DNA of 56,761 bases, filler included, from Asterionella formosa (GCA_002256025.1; 5 parts of 5 records of this genome joined end to end with filler, not necessarily neighbours in it), one strand, 5' to 3'. Positions 23,433-35,069 are shown, counted from the first letter of the whole stretch. A program made the numbers and translations. Notes: generated by a model from the letters alone, not told the origin.

Positions 23433-25211
23433 ATGCAGACCATTAGAATCCTCGCCGTCTTTTCAATTGCATGGTACTTCTGCGAAGGCTCGTCGACCGG
23501 GCTGCGGCGCTTCCGTAAGGTACTTGAAGTATCGGACTTGAGTGGCAGTTCATTATATACAGCTGCTTCAACGAATGTGGAGAATGACCGTCCTACCCCG
23601 GGTCAACATGCCAAAGGGCAAAACAAACATTACGATAGTCGTTTCGACGAGGTATTGCTAGATATCGAGCGAGGTTTGAAAGGAGCGAAAAGAGCTTCAA
23701 CTGCTTCTGGCAAACATTCCAAGAAACGAGGAGTCGATAAGAAAAATAGAAAGAGAGACGACAATCTCGAGATTATTCTTGGGAACAATGAGTACGGGTC
23801 CTTGTCCTTTAGTATACCAATGCCGTCAAGTCGCCCTCCTGTTCAACCAACTACTTATGATCCCATCGCCACTGTGTCACCAGTAACTCCACCAGCAACA
23901 ACTGGAGAACCAACTCCTTCCACAGATGCTGTGACCAATCCCCCCGGGACCTCCCAGATTACATATGCTCCAATTACCGCCCCTGTTCAAACTTCTGCTC
24001 CAACGACATATCTACCAATATCTAATCCAGTGAGCGCTCCACCAGTATCTGACATCACACCATTTGCTAAATCCCTTGCCCCAACGACGTATCCACCCAC
24101 ATCTGTTCCAGGGAGCACTTCGCCCGTATCTGGCACAGAAAATGCCCCAACATTCACCCCTGATACCGTCGCTCCAGTGGTCCCAGCCACAAGAGGTGAG
24201 GAGATTATGATAAAATGTGGTATCGCTGCTGAGACCCGGACGAATAATATTCTTGCGACTCTCAGCACATTGTCCGAAAAGCAAGCACTGGAAACCAGAG
24301 GATCGCCTCAATATTTGGCTCGCGACTGGCTGGACAATATTGATGAAGCCATTATATGTCCAAACAATACCGATCGGGTTTCCCAGAGATATGTTGCTGC
24401 AGCGCTTTACTATGGCATGGGTGGAAATGAATGGTTCAACTGTAGAGCAGAGGCAGATGGTGGAGAATGTGTGAACGTCCAAGGGAACGTTACAGTGAGA
24501 GCTCCGAATCGATTCTTGAGTCCCGCAAACGAATGCGCTTGGTTTGGGTTAGGTTGCGGGATTAATGTTTCAACTTCTCTCAGTCCAGATGACTCTTTTG
24601 ATATTAAGGTAATTCAACTTCCAGATAATAACTTGAGGGGGCCTCTTGTCACCGAAATCTTCTCTCTTCAAAAACTCGAAGTTCTAACAATGGACGGCAA
24701 CAAGAGAATCAGCGGCACTCTCCCATCAGCGATTGGTGACCTAACGGAGCTAAAGATCATTGACTTGGACGACAACGATCTGTCAGGAACAATTCCAGAA
24801 GAGCTGTGGCAGCTGTCGAAAATGCAAGTGCTCGATATTAACACCAATAATTTCGTTGGGACCATATCCACAGCAATCGCCAATTTGTCGTCGCTTAATG
24901 TCCTACAACTGGAAGTGAATCAATTTACTGGTTCTGTTCCTACGAGTGCCTTACTGAACTTGAATGCATTAGGTAAGTCGTTTGTACATAGTTTTCCATG
25001 CTTTACTTTGCTTTCCGTTCTAACTGGTGCGCCCACTTACTTTCCTCCACTAACAGTCGCATTGACGATGAACAATAACTCATTAACTGGAAATGTTATT
25101 CCCCTCTGTGAAGTGCTAGTAGAGAGACGCAAAGCCTTCGAAACCTATTTGCGTTTCCTCTTCCTCGATTGCACTGAGGTTGAGTGCACCTTTGGGTGTT
25201 GCCAGTGTTAA
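23433..25211 (+). CDS. Secreted leucine-rich-repeat protein with Pro/Thr-rich linker; probable intron 24973..25056
   Basis: Signal-peptide-like MQTIRILAVFSIAWYFCEG. PT-rich region. SPQYLARDWL...QRYVAAALYY...ECAWFG cap. Plant-type LRRs (LxxNxLSGTIP). GTAAGT...CTAACAG 84-nt intron whose removal gives LNALVALTMNNNSLTG. Confidence 0.88.
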   Translation: MQTIRILAVFSIAWYFCEGSSTGLRRFRKVLEVSDLSGSSLYTAASTNVENDRPTPGQHAKGQNKHYDSRFDEVLLDIERGLKGAKRASTASGKHSKKRGVDKKNRKRDDNLEIILGNNEYGSLSFSIPMPSSRPPVQPTTYDPIATVSPVTPPATTGEPTPSTDAVTNPPGTSQITYAPITAPVQTSAPTTYLPISNPVSAPPVSDITPFAKSLAPTTYPPTSVPGSTSPVSGTENAPTFTPDTVAPVVPATRGEEIMIKCGIAAETRTNNILATLSTLSEKQALETRGSPQYLARDWLDNIDEAIICPNNTDRVSQRYVAAALYYGMGGNEWFNCRAEADGGECVNVQGNVTVRAPNRFLSPANECAWFGLGCGINVSTSLSPDDSFDIKVIQLPDNNLRGPLVTEIFSLQKLEVLTMDGNKRISGTLPSAIGDLTELKIIDLDDNDLSGTIPEELWQLSKMQVLDINTNNFVGTISTAIANLSSLNVLQLEVNQFTGSVPTSALLNLNALGKSFVHSFPCFTLLSVLTGAPTYFPPLTVALTMNNNSLTGNVIPLCEVLVERRKAFETYLRFLFLDCTEVECTFGCCQC

Positions 25212-25542
25212 ATTCTTGGGCGATGAAAGGCAATGATCCCTCCATTTCAGCTGTATATCTTGTTCAATTGGAGAGCGATTATTGCAAATAATTTCACGTT
25301 AACTGTATTTGGATAGAGTAACGAAAAAATCCCAACTTCTTTCAAATCCCTTTTCAGTTTCGCGCCCCAATTTAGTCAAAATTGTGCATTTCTCTGCCGC
25401 TCATTCTTTGACAATGAAATAGCATCTATTCACGATTATTACATGGGTTTCTTTTTAAATGTGGCTACTCTCATACTACGATCGTACAATCCATTTGTGC
25501 ATTGCAGCAGGTCCAAGGGAACTATTTGATATTCTTCTGTAA

Positions 25543-26151
25543 TTATTTGTTTGGCCAGAATGGAGGATTTCCAGGAATTGGAGCCTTTCTTTGTGTGGCT
25601 TGTTTATTTCCCCTGGGTAGGAGGGCTCGCGTGATGGCCCATTTCTTGGAGGCTGCTTTGGATTGTCGTGTCGTTAGTGGATGACTGTGAGCCGTCAATT
25701 TTCTTGTCAACCACCAAGGTCGATCAACTTTTGGCTTTTGGATTCCTACGTGACAGCTACCTGTGATTGCTTCTGGTATTCTCACGTCTCGGCTACCGAG
25801 AGTCACATGCGTGACAGAAGCAGGTATTAAAGACACGAAGGATGCATCTGTTATTGTGTCTTTCAGTAAGAAATTCATCGTCAAAATCAGCCAAGTCACA
25901 AATTTCCAAGGTAATAGGGATGCAATGTTCCTGAACTTCGAATGGGCCGTAATGCCTGGTTTGTTCGCAGGAAAGTCGATAGCGCGAGAGTTTTTTTGAA
26001 GCTGGGGCCTCTTACCGTTTGACTGAGCTTGTTGGTGCAAGTTCTGCATTGTGCCCATGATCAGTAATATCACGACGCAGCCAAATTCAATTGAAAAGAG
26101 CGACCCGAGACGAGTAAATTGTTGTTCTTTAATCTCGCAATTTTGTGACAA
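25543..26151 (-). CDS. Hypothetical basic protein; may be non-coding
   Basis: 202-codon ORF with one or two hydrophobic stretches and no recognisable motif. Confidence 0.25.
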   Translation of the reverse strand: MSQNCEIKEQQFTRLGSLFSIEFGCVVILLIMGTMQNLHQQAQSNGKRPQLQKNSRAIDFPANKPGITAHSKFRNIASLLPWKFVTWLILTMNFLLKDTITDASFVSLIPASVTHVTLGSRDVRIPEAITGSCHVGIQKPKVDRPWWLTRKLTAHSHPLTTRQSKAASKKWAITRALLPRGNKQATQRKAPIPGNPPFWPNK

Positions 26152-26521
26152 TTCTTGTTACTGACTACAGGTATGTTTTGTATGAGATACGGGTACCGGG
26201 CTAGCACTGCATTATCCGCATTTGCCATTATGAATGCACTTAATTAATGCATAAAGTAGATAAATATAGCTTTGCTTTCCTTATAGTTTAAACCTCCTTC
26301 CACCCTCCCCACAAGCAGTCAGTAAGTATTAAATTGTCTAGTTGAAATATCAGAGATCTTACTTTGAAGATCACTAAAGCTGAAAATGCATTTACACTTT
26401 ACACTTTGTAATATTGTGAGCTTTCTGTAATAGAATATCTAGTCTTGTTCTTGCCTGATTACTCATGTAAATCCCAAACAAGACTTCTCACACTTTCCTT
26501 GATCCTGTCAAAATGATCTTG

Positions 26522-26660
26522 CTTACTTTGACAATAAATAAGCATATTCATTTGACAATGAGTGAGAATCACTTATTCATTTGACAATAAGCAAGCATCT
26601 CACTCACTTGTCAATAAGTAAAGATCTCCAGTGGTCATTTCTCAATAAATATTGCATTTC
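26522..26660. repeat. Imperfect ~28-bp tandem repeat (core TCATTTGACAATAAG), 4-5 copies
   Basis: Recurring (t/a)ttcatttgacaat(a/g)ag.. units read directly. Confidence 0.6.
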
Positions 26661-27202
26661 TTGGGTCTTGGTTTCTAATCACTGAAAATATTGATTCTCA
26701 ACTCGTTGGATTCCATATATTATATCACCCTCCCTGATCTCGAAACCAACAATCCATAGTCCCATTCATAATGTGAGTTGTATGAGTATCATGAATTTTC
26801 TGAGTGATGTCCTTTGAAAGTAGGTCTGCAGGATTCTTCAAAGTAGAGACTTCCCTTTCAAGAAAACTGCGTATCACTGATCTTGCTTTCTTCATATGAA
26901 TGGGAATGTCGTCAATATGATCAGTGATATATCTGATTAGCGCTAGAAAGTCTGGTCCTAGTAGCTGGTCCTAATGTTTGCATAGATATAACAGAAAGAC
27001 TTCCTGTTCAGACTGGTGCCGGCACATTGTTGATTTTGCTCTTGTGTTCCCTCTGATATTTGCTACATTCATGAGCTGTGGGGACTTCATTTTATTTGCT
27101 TCCTTCTTCGCTTTCATTTATCACATTCTCTAATAGTGCTGCCTTGTTTGTCAATCTTTGGTGATAAAATGCTATCCATGATATTTACATGCGCAAGTAC
27201 TA

Positions 27203-27490
27203 CTATGCCCTACTCTGTCCTTGATTGGAATCATATCTCCTTTCTTCATCTTGTTTTTGTTGTTGCAATGCAGTTGCAGCATCTTGATTCATCAGGGCGT
27301 GACCGAACTTTTCATAGCAATGGAAGCATGTTGTTTTGAACTGAATAACTGCTTCTTCATGCAAATGACCACAAAGAGCATGAATGCTATATCCACATCC
27401 AGGGCACCAGTTATGTTCAGTTGACCTTGGAAGCTCCTTCACCATGCATCCCTCTTGAGATGCAAAAACTATTTCTTCATTGTCTGACAT
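27203..27490 (-). pseudogene. Cys/His zinc-finger (PHD-like) fragment, probably TE-derived
   Basis: C..HNWCPGCGYSIHALCG...TTCFHC; downstream reading frame is broken. Confidence 0.45.
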
Positions 27491-27672
27491 GATGTTTTGA
27501 TGTGGCAGTGGGTCGCTTCCATAGGTATAATGTTGATTGTTGTTGTTCTCAATTTATGTTCATATTTGGCTGAGTCTGAACCCCAAGTACTACCAGTATA
27601 GCTACTAGCAGTAGATATCATGCATGTACCATCAACTTGAATCCTACGATGGTACAAACTTGAACGCTGTTT

Positions 27673-27808
27673 CTACATGTTTTTTTGCGGAGAAAAGTCT
27701 CCCCAAAAAGCCGCTGCTGACGGGTCGCAGAAAATATACGTGTAAAAAGCTAGAGGGAAATAAACATCAGTGCGGAAAAAAGGGGAGAATTTCTCCACAA
27801 AAATGTAG
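27673..27808. repeat. Short inverted repeat (MITE-like or transposon subterminal)
   Basis: CTACATGTTTTTTTGCGGAGAAAAGTCTCCCC (27673-27704) versus reverse complement of 27782-27808, CTACATTTTTGTGGAGAAATTCTCCCC. Confidence 0.6.
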
Positions 27809-30099
27809 GAGCAATTCCCGCTACAGCTATCGTCTTGCCATTCAGGTACTTCTAAGTAATTTTTAGGCCCTAGGTAATTTCTTAAGTAATTTTTAGTTAG
27901 GGGCTATATGGGGCACATCGAATTTTTCGGCATTAAAATTGCCGATTTAAGCAAGACAGCCAGAATAACGGTAATATGCATAGGGAACAACAAGCGTAAA
28001 ACACACGAGAATGATTGTAACATGCAACATCAATGAAAGTTGAACATGATGTTTGGAGCAACTAAAGTATGAAATGCGATGTAATAAGAAGCATCAAATA
28101 AGAAATAGAAGAAATTGTTTTGGGTTTGAAGTAAAAAATATGAGTTTCAATAGAGACACATGCATTGTGAATCATTGTAGTACTTACACAGGCAACATTG
28201 CTTGACTTTCCATCACCACACAATCAAAAACCGAAATAAGAAGGAAAAAAGCAGAAACAAATTTAGACCTGCATCGTTATGTAGCGTAGATGATCTGGTT
28301 GCTGCAACCATTCACATCGCTGTAGCAGCCTGACACCAGTAGCAGTCTTTCCGCCACAGTCATTCCTCCCACCAAACAACCCTGATCATTCCATTCCATT
28401 CTGAGCAAGAGTAATCGCCAGGCTGCTCCAGCACTATTGACTCCCTCTAGCTGAGTATTTTATGTAGCTTGTGATACAAACTTGTAGTATGAATCTAGCA
28501 AAGCGCGTTATTACAAGAAAAGCATTGCTTGGCGGCAAAATTATCATCATTGTCAACAATTATACAAATCAACAAATAAGATCAACAACGGCACAATAAA
28601 TCTTCAAAGAGTAGGTATTGCTACATGCATCGGCCCTTTTGAAGATATTTACAATCAAATCAAAATGACAGGCAGCGCGGAACGACAAAGAACGATAGAA
28701 GCGGTCAAAATGGACCGTGAAAGCAATCAAATAGGAAACTTGACAATCTTATCTACGATCACATTCAGTGTTTGACTGTAGTACTCACTGGTCCGCTGTA
28801 ACAAGCGTAACACGCAGCAGATGAGCATAAGAAAGTCGAAAGTTCTTGTTGCAAGCCCGAATTGAGCATGGCAGGCAGGATAGAGTGTTTTATTAAAATC
28901 TGGCATTTGGTACGTAAAATTAATCAATATGTGAACAATCAAATTTAACATTCTGGTCTCATAACAAAATAAAACTGAGTCTACAGAGATAATAATTCTA
29001 TAACGTGTTCAAAGTAAGCGTTAAAGATAGCTTAAACCATGCATGGTTGTTTTCAGTACCACCATGTATGTCTGTAGACTAGATGACTGCTGGTACCGGT
29101 AGAATATCCGTTAAGCATCATCACATACATGACCGGAGCAAAAACTTGCCACCAACATCAGATGTATCGATATCATCGTTCGTCCGACGAAATATGGACG
29201 ATGCGACTACATGAAACCCTCGAGAAGAAAAGCAATCCAACAACCAACCACATCCGTTAGACAACAAATCGCTACTGGCATCATCAGTGAACTGATTTCG
29301 CTTCAAACCGGTAATGATGGACGACGATCGGCATGGTGAAAGGAGGTGAATTGCCGGAGTCCACTTTTCAGGAGATGAACAAAAACGAGGTGAATTCTAG
29401 ATATAAATTATTAAAATCTGTAGAGTATATAAAATGGTTTCCTTAAGTAGACCCCTTGTCGATTTCGGCAATCCCAGGGCTGGACAACCGAGGGGCAATT
29501 GCTACAAATTGTAATGCCAAAATGCGAAGATATGAAGACATGTTGAAATGGTCCGTACTCCTTCCCGCAGGCTGGGTCTCTCTTCACGTAGACTCTTACG
29601 TGATCGTAGTACTACCTAGTACCTCTTCCTTTCTCTCTTGTCTCTGCTTCCAGCCTTCCTTCTAGATAGACTAATTGACTTCCTCGGTTGATAATCTAAA
29701 ACTCAAGTTAAATTATAAGCTAAACTAATTGTTTCCTTTCCATGCATCTTTTTTTCCTGCAAAGTCGTTCTAAGACTCTCTTCGAGTTTCCACTTAACAT
29801 TTCCATAGAAATGTTCAATCTTTGATCTCGTTAGACAGCTGATTGACGTGGCAATGCATTATTCGACTCGTTCGATTACAATCGAATCCACAATCCTTGT
29901 GACTCGGGCTAATGTTCTTGACAAAGACATTGTATCGAAATGTCTCTGGCATGTACATACATAAATACCCGGTACCCCATCAACAATCCAAGTTGTGAAA
30001 CCCCTATATCATTCAATTCCTTCGCTTTGCCGGTCGTCCTATTTCACTGCGTTTCTCACAGACCTTATCGTATAGACCACTGGATTTTGATTGTACAAC

Positions 30100-31344
30100 A
30101 TGTCGAAATTCGACGAAAATTTATTATCAGGATCAAAGCAGGAAGCAGGCCAATTGAAGTACAAACGACGACGAAGAATTTATGAAAAGCTCAAGGCCAA
30201 GAAAATCCCTCTCTCTTCTGTTCCTGAAGACGCTGTATTGCAAGAAATGGAAGAGAGAAAATGGAGATACTTGCAGTTTACTTTTTCCGTTGTTGTCGTA
30301 TTCATTGTGCTGGCTGGCCTTCGAGAGTCATTTCTTGGAATCCGACTTTTTTTTCAAGGAGTTAGTGTGCCGTCAGAGGCGAAGGAGGAACGAAATATAA
30401 GCAGAGTGAGTTCCCACATGTTACGTCGCAAGGACGAAAATGAGTATTTTCCCTCAGAGGAAGCTGACGAGCTACATGTTGGTCCACTTCCAGCCGAACT
30501 GCGCTTCCTCGTAGATGTCCGGGAGCCACTCGGACAGTTTGATCGTGCCCTGTTTTGGCAAGTCCCTCGGGCAGGCTCGGCAACGGTGAAAAATATCCTG
30601 ACGCAATGTTTTGGATTGTTGTCAGCGACAGAGACTGGTGCGGCTAGCGTTGGTGAAATGCTCACGATAGTTTCTGATTTGGAGGGTGGGCAGTTTATCA
30701 ATGTTGATGCGACCTCGCAGGCCGGAATCGGTCATGCGGCAAAGCTTCAAGCTGGAAATTTGCCCAACCTCCAGCTCGTTGCTACACCGTTTCTTTATGA
30801 CGCCGCAGAAAAGCTATTCTCGCAATATTATCGGGGCCGTATGTTTACAATGATAAGACATCCCATTGAAAGGGCTGCATCACTATATTATCGAATGGCA
30901 AAGGATAAAAACAATGATGTTCTCCTACCAGGAATGACCCTAGAAGATTACGCTCGCAGTTCTTTGGTAGAGTCAAACTGGATGACTAGATTCCTTAGCA
31001 ATAATTTAAAAGATGATGTCTCACTCGAACACCTGGTGATTGCCAAGGAAGTTTTGAAGACTAAGTGCCTGGTCGGCCTTCTAAAGCATAAAAGTGAGTC
31101 GATGCGACGATTTGAGACATATTTTAACTGGGTGGCTGACAGCGAGAGAACAGAGGAATGTCATTCAAAAATCCTGGACTGGAATTGGCCAAACAAAAAC
31201 AAACACCAGCCGGTTCGAGAAGGAAGCGAAGCCTGGGGTCTACTAATGAAACAAAACGGATTTGACGTGAAGCTCTTTCATTATGCAGAAGAGATATTTC
31301 GCGAACAAGCCGCTATTTTTGAGAAAGATAGGCAGGCCATTTAA
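30100..31344 (+). CDS. Type II membrane sulfotransferase-like protein (Sulfotransfer_2-like)
   Basis: N-terminal TM FTFSVVVVFIVLAGL. 5'-PSB-like FWQVPRAGSATVK. 3'-PB-like RMFTMIRHPIERAASLYY. NWMTRFL, KCLVGLL, NGFDVKLFHYA. Confidence 0.85.
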   Translation: MSKFDENLLSGSKQEAGQLKYKRRRRIYEKLKAKKIPLSSVPEDAVLQEMEERKWRYLQFTFSVVVVFIVLAGLRESFLGIRLFFQGVSVPSEAKEERNISRVSSHMLRRKDENEYFPSEEADELHVGPLPAELRFLVDVREPLGQFDRALFWQVPRAGSATVKNILTQCFGLLSATETGAASVGEMLTIVSDLEGGQFINVDATSQAGIGHAAKLQAGNLPNLQLVATPFLYDAAEKLFSQYYRGRMFTMIRHPIERAASLYYRMAKDKNNDVLLPGMTLEDYARSSLVESNWMTRFLSNNLKDDVSLEHLVIAKEVLKTKCLVGLLKHKSESMRRFETYFNWVADSERTEECHSKILDWNWPNKNKHQPVREGSEAWGLLMKQNGFDVKLFHYAEEIFREQAAIFEKDRQAI

Positions 31345-31465
31345 TTGGCTATAAATTGCTGCCTCTTCTAAATGGGGTCACAACGCTTCTATGGATAATC
31401 AACGAAACAAAGTATTATTATCTCCTGTAAAATTAAATAATATCATCGATGAGGTCACAAAACCA

Positions 31466-32872
31466 TTATCTCGTCAATCGTCTTCTCGCCCTTGTGGATT
31501 CTTCGTCCAATACAGAGAGTATAGGTCGTTCGCCTTGATTGAATATTGTGGTCTCATCCTGTGGGCTTGGAAACATGGACGCTTGTTCTAGAAATAATTC
31601 CTTGGCATATTCATAGAGTTCCATGTCCAATGCATTTTTCTTGTACAATAACTCCCATACTATACTCCCTTCTTCAACTTCAGTGTGAGCGTGCTTGTTG
31701 CTCCAACCCCAATGCAGTAATCGATCGCGACATTCTGTTTGTTGGAGTGTCCTTGGCTGCCAGCCAAAGTAACGAGAAAATCGAAGAAATGACTCTGACT
31801 TTTCTTCCAACAAACCAATCAAACATTTTTGTCTCAGAACTTCTTTGGCCATTTGCAAATGACGTTCATTGAGGTCTCTGACTAATTCATTGCTTAAGAA
31901 TCGAACGGCCCAATTGTGCTCCGCCCGTTGCGATCGTGCGTACATTTCAATCGACACATAAGCCAGCGAAGGATCATACGTGGGTTCCCAATGAGCAACT
32001 CCCAGATAATGAAACATGCTAACAGCACGATGAATGGGATGTCTCATCATGGTAAACATGCGACCATTTTGGTCAGCGTTGAAGAGTGTAGCAACTGGAT
32101 GTAGATGCTGACTGACAATAACATCAGCAAGCTGTGATTCTACCAAGCCCATGCGTTTTGACCGATGAATTCCCTTAGCAGTGCTAGTGTCAACATTGAC
32201 AAAGGCAGCACCATCGTCCGAACTGACAACACGGAGAACGTTTTCGTCTTGATGTTGGCGCCTGGCACCCACGTCGGTGACTTCGACTTTTCCCAGGCAC
32301 ATCCCCAAGATATCCTTGACAGTGGATCCACCTGATCGGGGAATGTGGAAAAATAGAGGGACATCGGATGTGGCATCATAGGGGGTGGATATGTTGGCCA
32401 AGAATTGCAGGGACTTGGATAGGTGTATATTGCCTACTGATTGTCCCGTCGATATTGACGCTGTTGTGCTGAAGCCAGCGTTTTCGTAGTCCTTAATGTA
32501 AACGCTGGTGGTTCGAACTCGATCCGTTGCAGTACTTCCGGAAATGAAAGCTGTAGATGTGGTCATGGCCCGATTTCCCGTTTGAATACGCACCGTAGAA
32601 AAGCTCATGATGCCAATCAATCCAGTCATTAGGAGCGCCCTTTGACGACGAGTTAACCGCATAGAGCTTCCTTCTTGTGCTCGTTTCTTAATGTAATACC
32701 TAACGGACAGATCATCAAGATCGTCAATGGTCTCTATTCGACATTGCCGATCCTCCTCGTCGCTATCACCTTCACAGTCACTGCCGCTGTCAGCATATTG
32801 ATCATGTCCTCCTTGGGATTTCAAAAGTCGATTAAAGTGGTCCAACGATGACTGAATGTCAGCTCGTTTCAT
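31466..32872 (-). CDS. Type II membrane sulfotransferase-like protein, paralogue of 30100..31344
   Basis: TM ALLMTGLIGIMSF. FFHIPRSGGSTVK. RMFTMMRHPIHRAVSMFHY. NWAVRFL, KCLIGLL, NALDMELYEYA. Confidence 0.87.
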   Translation of the reverse strand: MKRADIQSSLDHFNRLLKSQGGHDQYADSGSDCEGDSDEEDRQCRIETIDDLDDLSVRYYIKKRAQEGSSMRLTRRQRALLMTGLIGIMSFSTVRIQTGNRAMTTSTAFISGSTATDRVRTTSVYIKDYENAGFSTTASISTGQSVGNIHLSKSLQFLANISTPYDATSDVPLFFHIPRSGGSTVKDILGMCLGKVEVTDVGARRQHQDENVLRVVSSDDGAAFVNVDTSTAKGIHRSKRMGLVESQLADVIVSQHLHPVATLFNADQNGRMFTMMRHPIHRAVSMFHYLGVAHWEPTYDPSLAYVSIEMYARSQRAEHNWAVRFLSNELVRDLNERHLQMAKEVLRQKCLIGLLEEKSESFLRFSRYFGWQPRTLQQTECRDRLLHWGWSNKHAHTEVEEGSIVWELLYKKNALDMELYEYAKELFLEQASMFPSPQDETTIFNQGERPILSVLDEESTRARRRLTR

Positions 32873-33073
32873 CTTGGCCGCTACTCTGGTATTCTATTTC
32901 AACGTAGCCGTCGGAGCGGTGAGCAGCAATCCTCTGAATGGGATCTGTGTAGTTTGCCTTTTCCGTGAATGGAATATTATTTGCTTTCGACCTTGATTAT
33001 GATGCTCATTCTCGTAGCTTAGCTGGTATGTAGATTAAAATGTTTATTTAAACAAAATGACCGCAACTTGCTT

Positions 33074-33206
33074 TACCAGGTACTTGGTACCTGGTAGTCC
33101 ACCCTGGTCCCTGGAACCAGTACCCTAGTAGCTGGTAAAACCCGTCTTTGATCGCAACTCCCTTGGGGTACCGGGGTACCGGGGTACCGGTACCAGGTAG
33201 TACCGG
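33074..33206. repeat. GGTACC-rich palindromic tract upstream of the minus-strand sulfotransferase
   Basis: (GGGGTACC)x3 followed by GGTACCAGGTAGTACCGGG; ACCAGGTACTTGGTACCTGGT. Confidence 0.85.
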
Positions 33207-34033
33207 GAATATTCCGATATAGCTACATATTTATTACCGGTAGAGTTATACCTGTATTACGGTCATCATGGTTCGTAGATTGCAGCATTCGCAAATGTCC
33301 GAGATCTGCAGAGAACAAAGAAATGACCTCACCGAAATGACCAGTATAAAGTACCGGTAGCGAGAATTATGTACCGGTAAATGATGCACAGTAGCATAAA
33401 GCCAAATGTAAAAATAGAAAAATATGCAACCAAAAATTAAAGATATGTTCGCCGTTGTCGCCAAATGTCCATTTCCGACTGCCGTGACCATCACAGAAAT
33501 GAACCCAAACCACATGCTGTACATTGTCCATAACGGAATATTCAACAACAAACGGATACATACTGGTTGTCCATAGGGTAAAAGAGAGTGAGGGGCTCTT
33601 TTCTATGTAGCATACGAGAATGAAAAACAGGGGAGATGATTGGAAAAAGAAAAGACTGGCAGAAGGAAAGTCACCAAATTGATTGTTGTGTCTTGAGTGC
33701 TAGCGTAAAGATACATACTAGCTATACATACTGTAAAAACAAGAGTATGTGCAAACCAAGAATTCAGGAACACTAACCACAATGCTATAGTGAAAAATTA
33801 TTATATCATGTGTGTATTATAACACATTATAACACAAATTATTCTGGTGATCTGCTACATAATATTGTCCTTGCGCTCTGATAATAGAGATATTTTAGAT
33901 TAGTACTTCTCAGACATTATATATATTTTTAACTTTAATTGTCAACAGTTAAATTTTCATATCGATGCATCCTCTTGTATGCTATGCCGCCTCTTGTTCA
34001 TTATATGCATGAGTTCTATATATTCATCATCGT

Positions 34034-34133
34034 NNNNNNNNNNNNNNNNNNNNNNNNNNNNNNNNNNNNNNNNNNNNTTAATTAATTAANNNNNNNNNNN
34101 NNNNNNNNNNNNNNNNNNNNNNNNNNNNNNNNN
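34034..34133. other. Artificial 100-bp scaffold linker
   Basis: N44-TTAATTAATTAA-N44. Confidence 0.98.
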
Positions 34134-34143
34134 GTACCACACG

Positions 34144-34313
34144 TATGATGTCCAATGATGATAATCTACTGGTACCCGCACTGGATATAGTAATGGCCTA
34201 CCGGTACACCCAAAGAAAATGTTACATGTGTATCCAATGTGGTGGGTGTGGGTTTGCAATTCCTTTCACAATCAAACAGAGTCGAGCATTTTGCCACAGT
34301 CAATCAGGACATA
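34144..34313 (+). repeat. Dispersed ~170-bp repeat, copy 1 (copy 2 at 38812..38984)
   Basis: Shared blocks TATGATGTCC.ATGATGAT.ATCTACTGGTACCCG, GTACACCCAA.G.AAATGTTACA, GTGTGGGTTTGCAATTCCT..CACAATCAAAC. Confidence 0.85.
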
Positions 34314-34566
34314 TATAATACTGCGCGCACTTACAATGGAATTATTGGTACTGGAAATTTTACAACTAAATATTGCATCACAAGACTACCATTCCAATGA
34401 TGACTTTTCGGCGCTAAGTGGTTCTGTTTCCGATATTTTGGAGACAGTAGAAAAGGCCGATTTTGTCGAATTTTTGGACAATGATAGCTCAACATTGGCT
34501 GGGTCTGAAGCCGATTTAGATACATAGGTAACCTTCAAATAGAGTCAGTATATAACAGCTTCTGGC

Positions 34567-34682
34567 GAGAAACTGCAGAAAGGAACTTCGGCTTTTTACT
34601 ATGCCGAATAAAGTGATTTCCCCCGAAATTTCTGGTCTTTATAGCATAGTTAAAAAACCGAAGTTCCTTTCTGCAGTTTCTC
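34567..34682. repeat. Inverted repeat / small MITE-like hairpin
   Basis: Perfect 25-bp GAGAAACTGCAGAAAGGAACTTCGG (34567-34591) versus 34658-34682; extends imperfectly to about 38 bp. Confidence 0.85.
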
Positions 34683-35069
34683 ACGAGATCCTATATCCTG
34701 ACGATATATAGCGTTGACCTGTACCCCTACTTTTGTCATAGACTGTATCTAAGCATATGGAAAGGGTGTTCCTTGGTGAAAGCTCCGTTTAGCGATACAT
34801 ATTTATGTTTTACTCGTAAGAAGTGTGTTTGAGTACTCTGACTCAATATTACTTTATTAACCCTACCTCTAAACTAGGGTGAAAATACCAATTATTTTTA
34901 CGGTACAGTATCTTACTTTGCTTTTTGGTCTTCGAATTTTTTTGCCTTTACCTCAAAATTCAACAATTCTTCCATTTACGGATTTTGATGATTGAGAGTC
35001 GCCAGTGCATATCTTGGCTTTGTTTGGTTCTTGTTCTAACTGAAACAACAAATAATGTATTTATAGACG

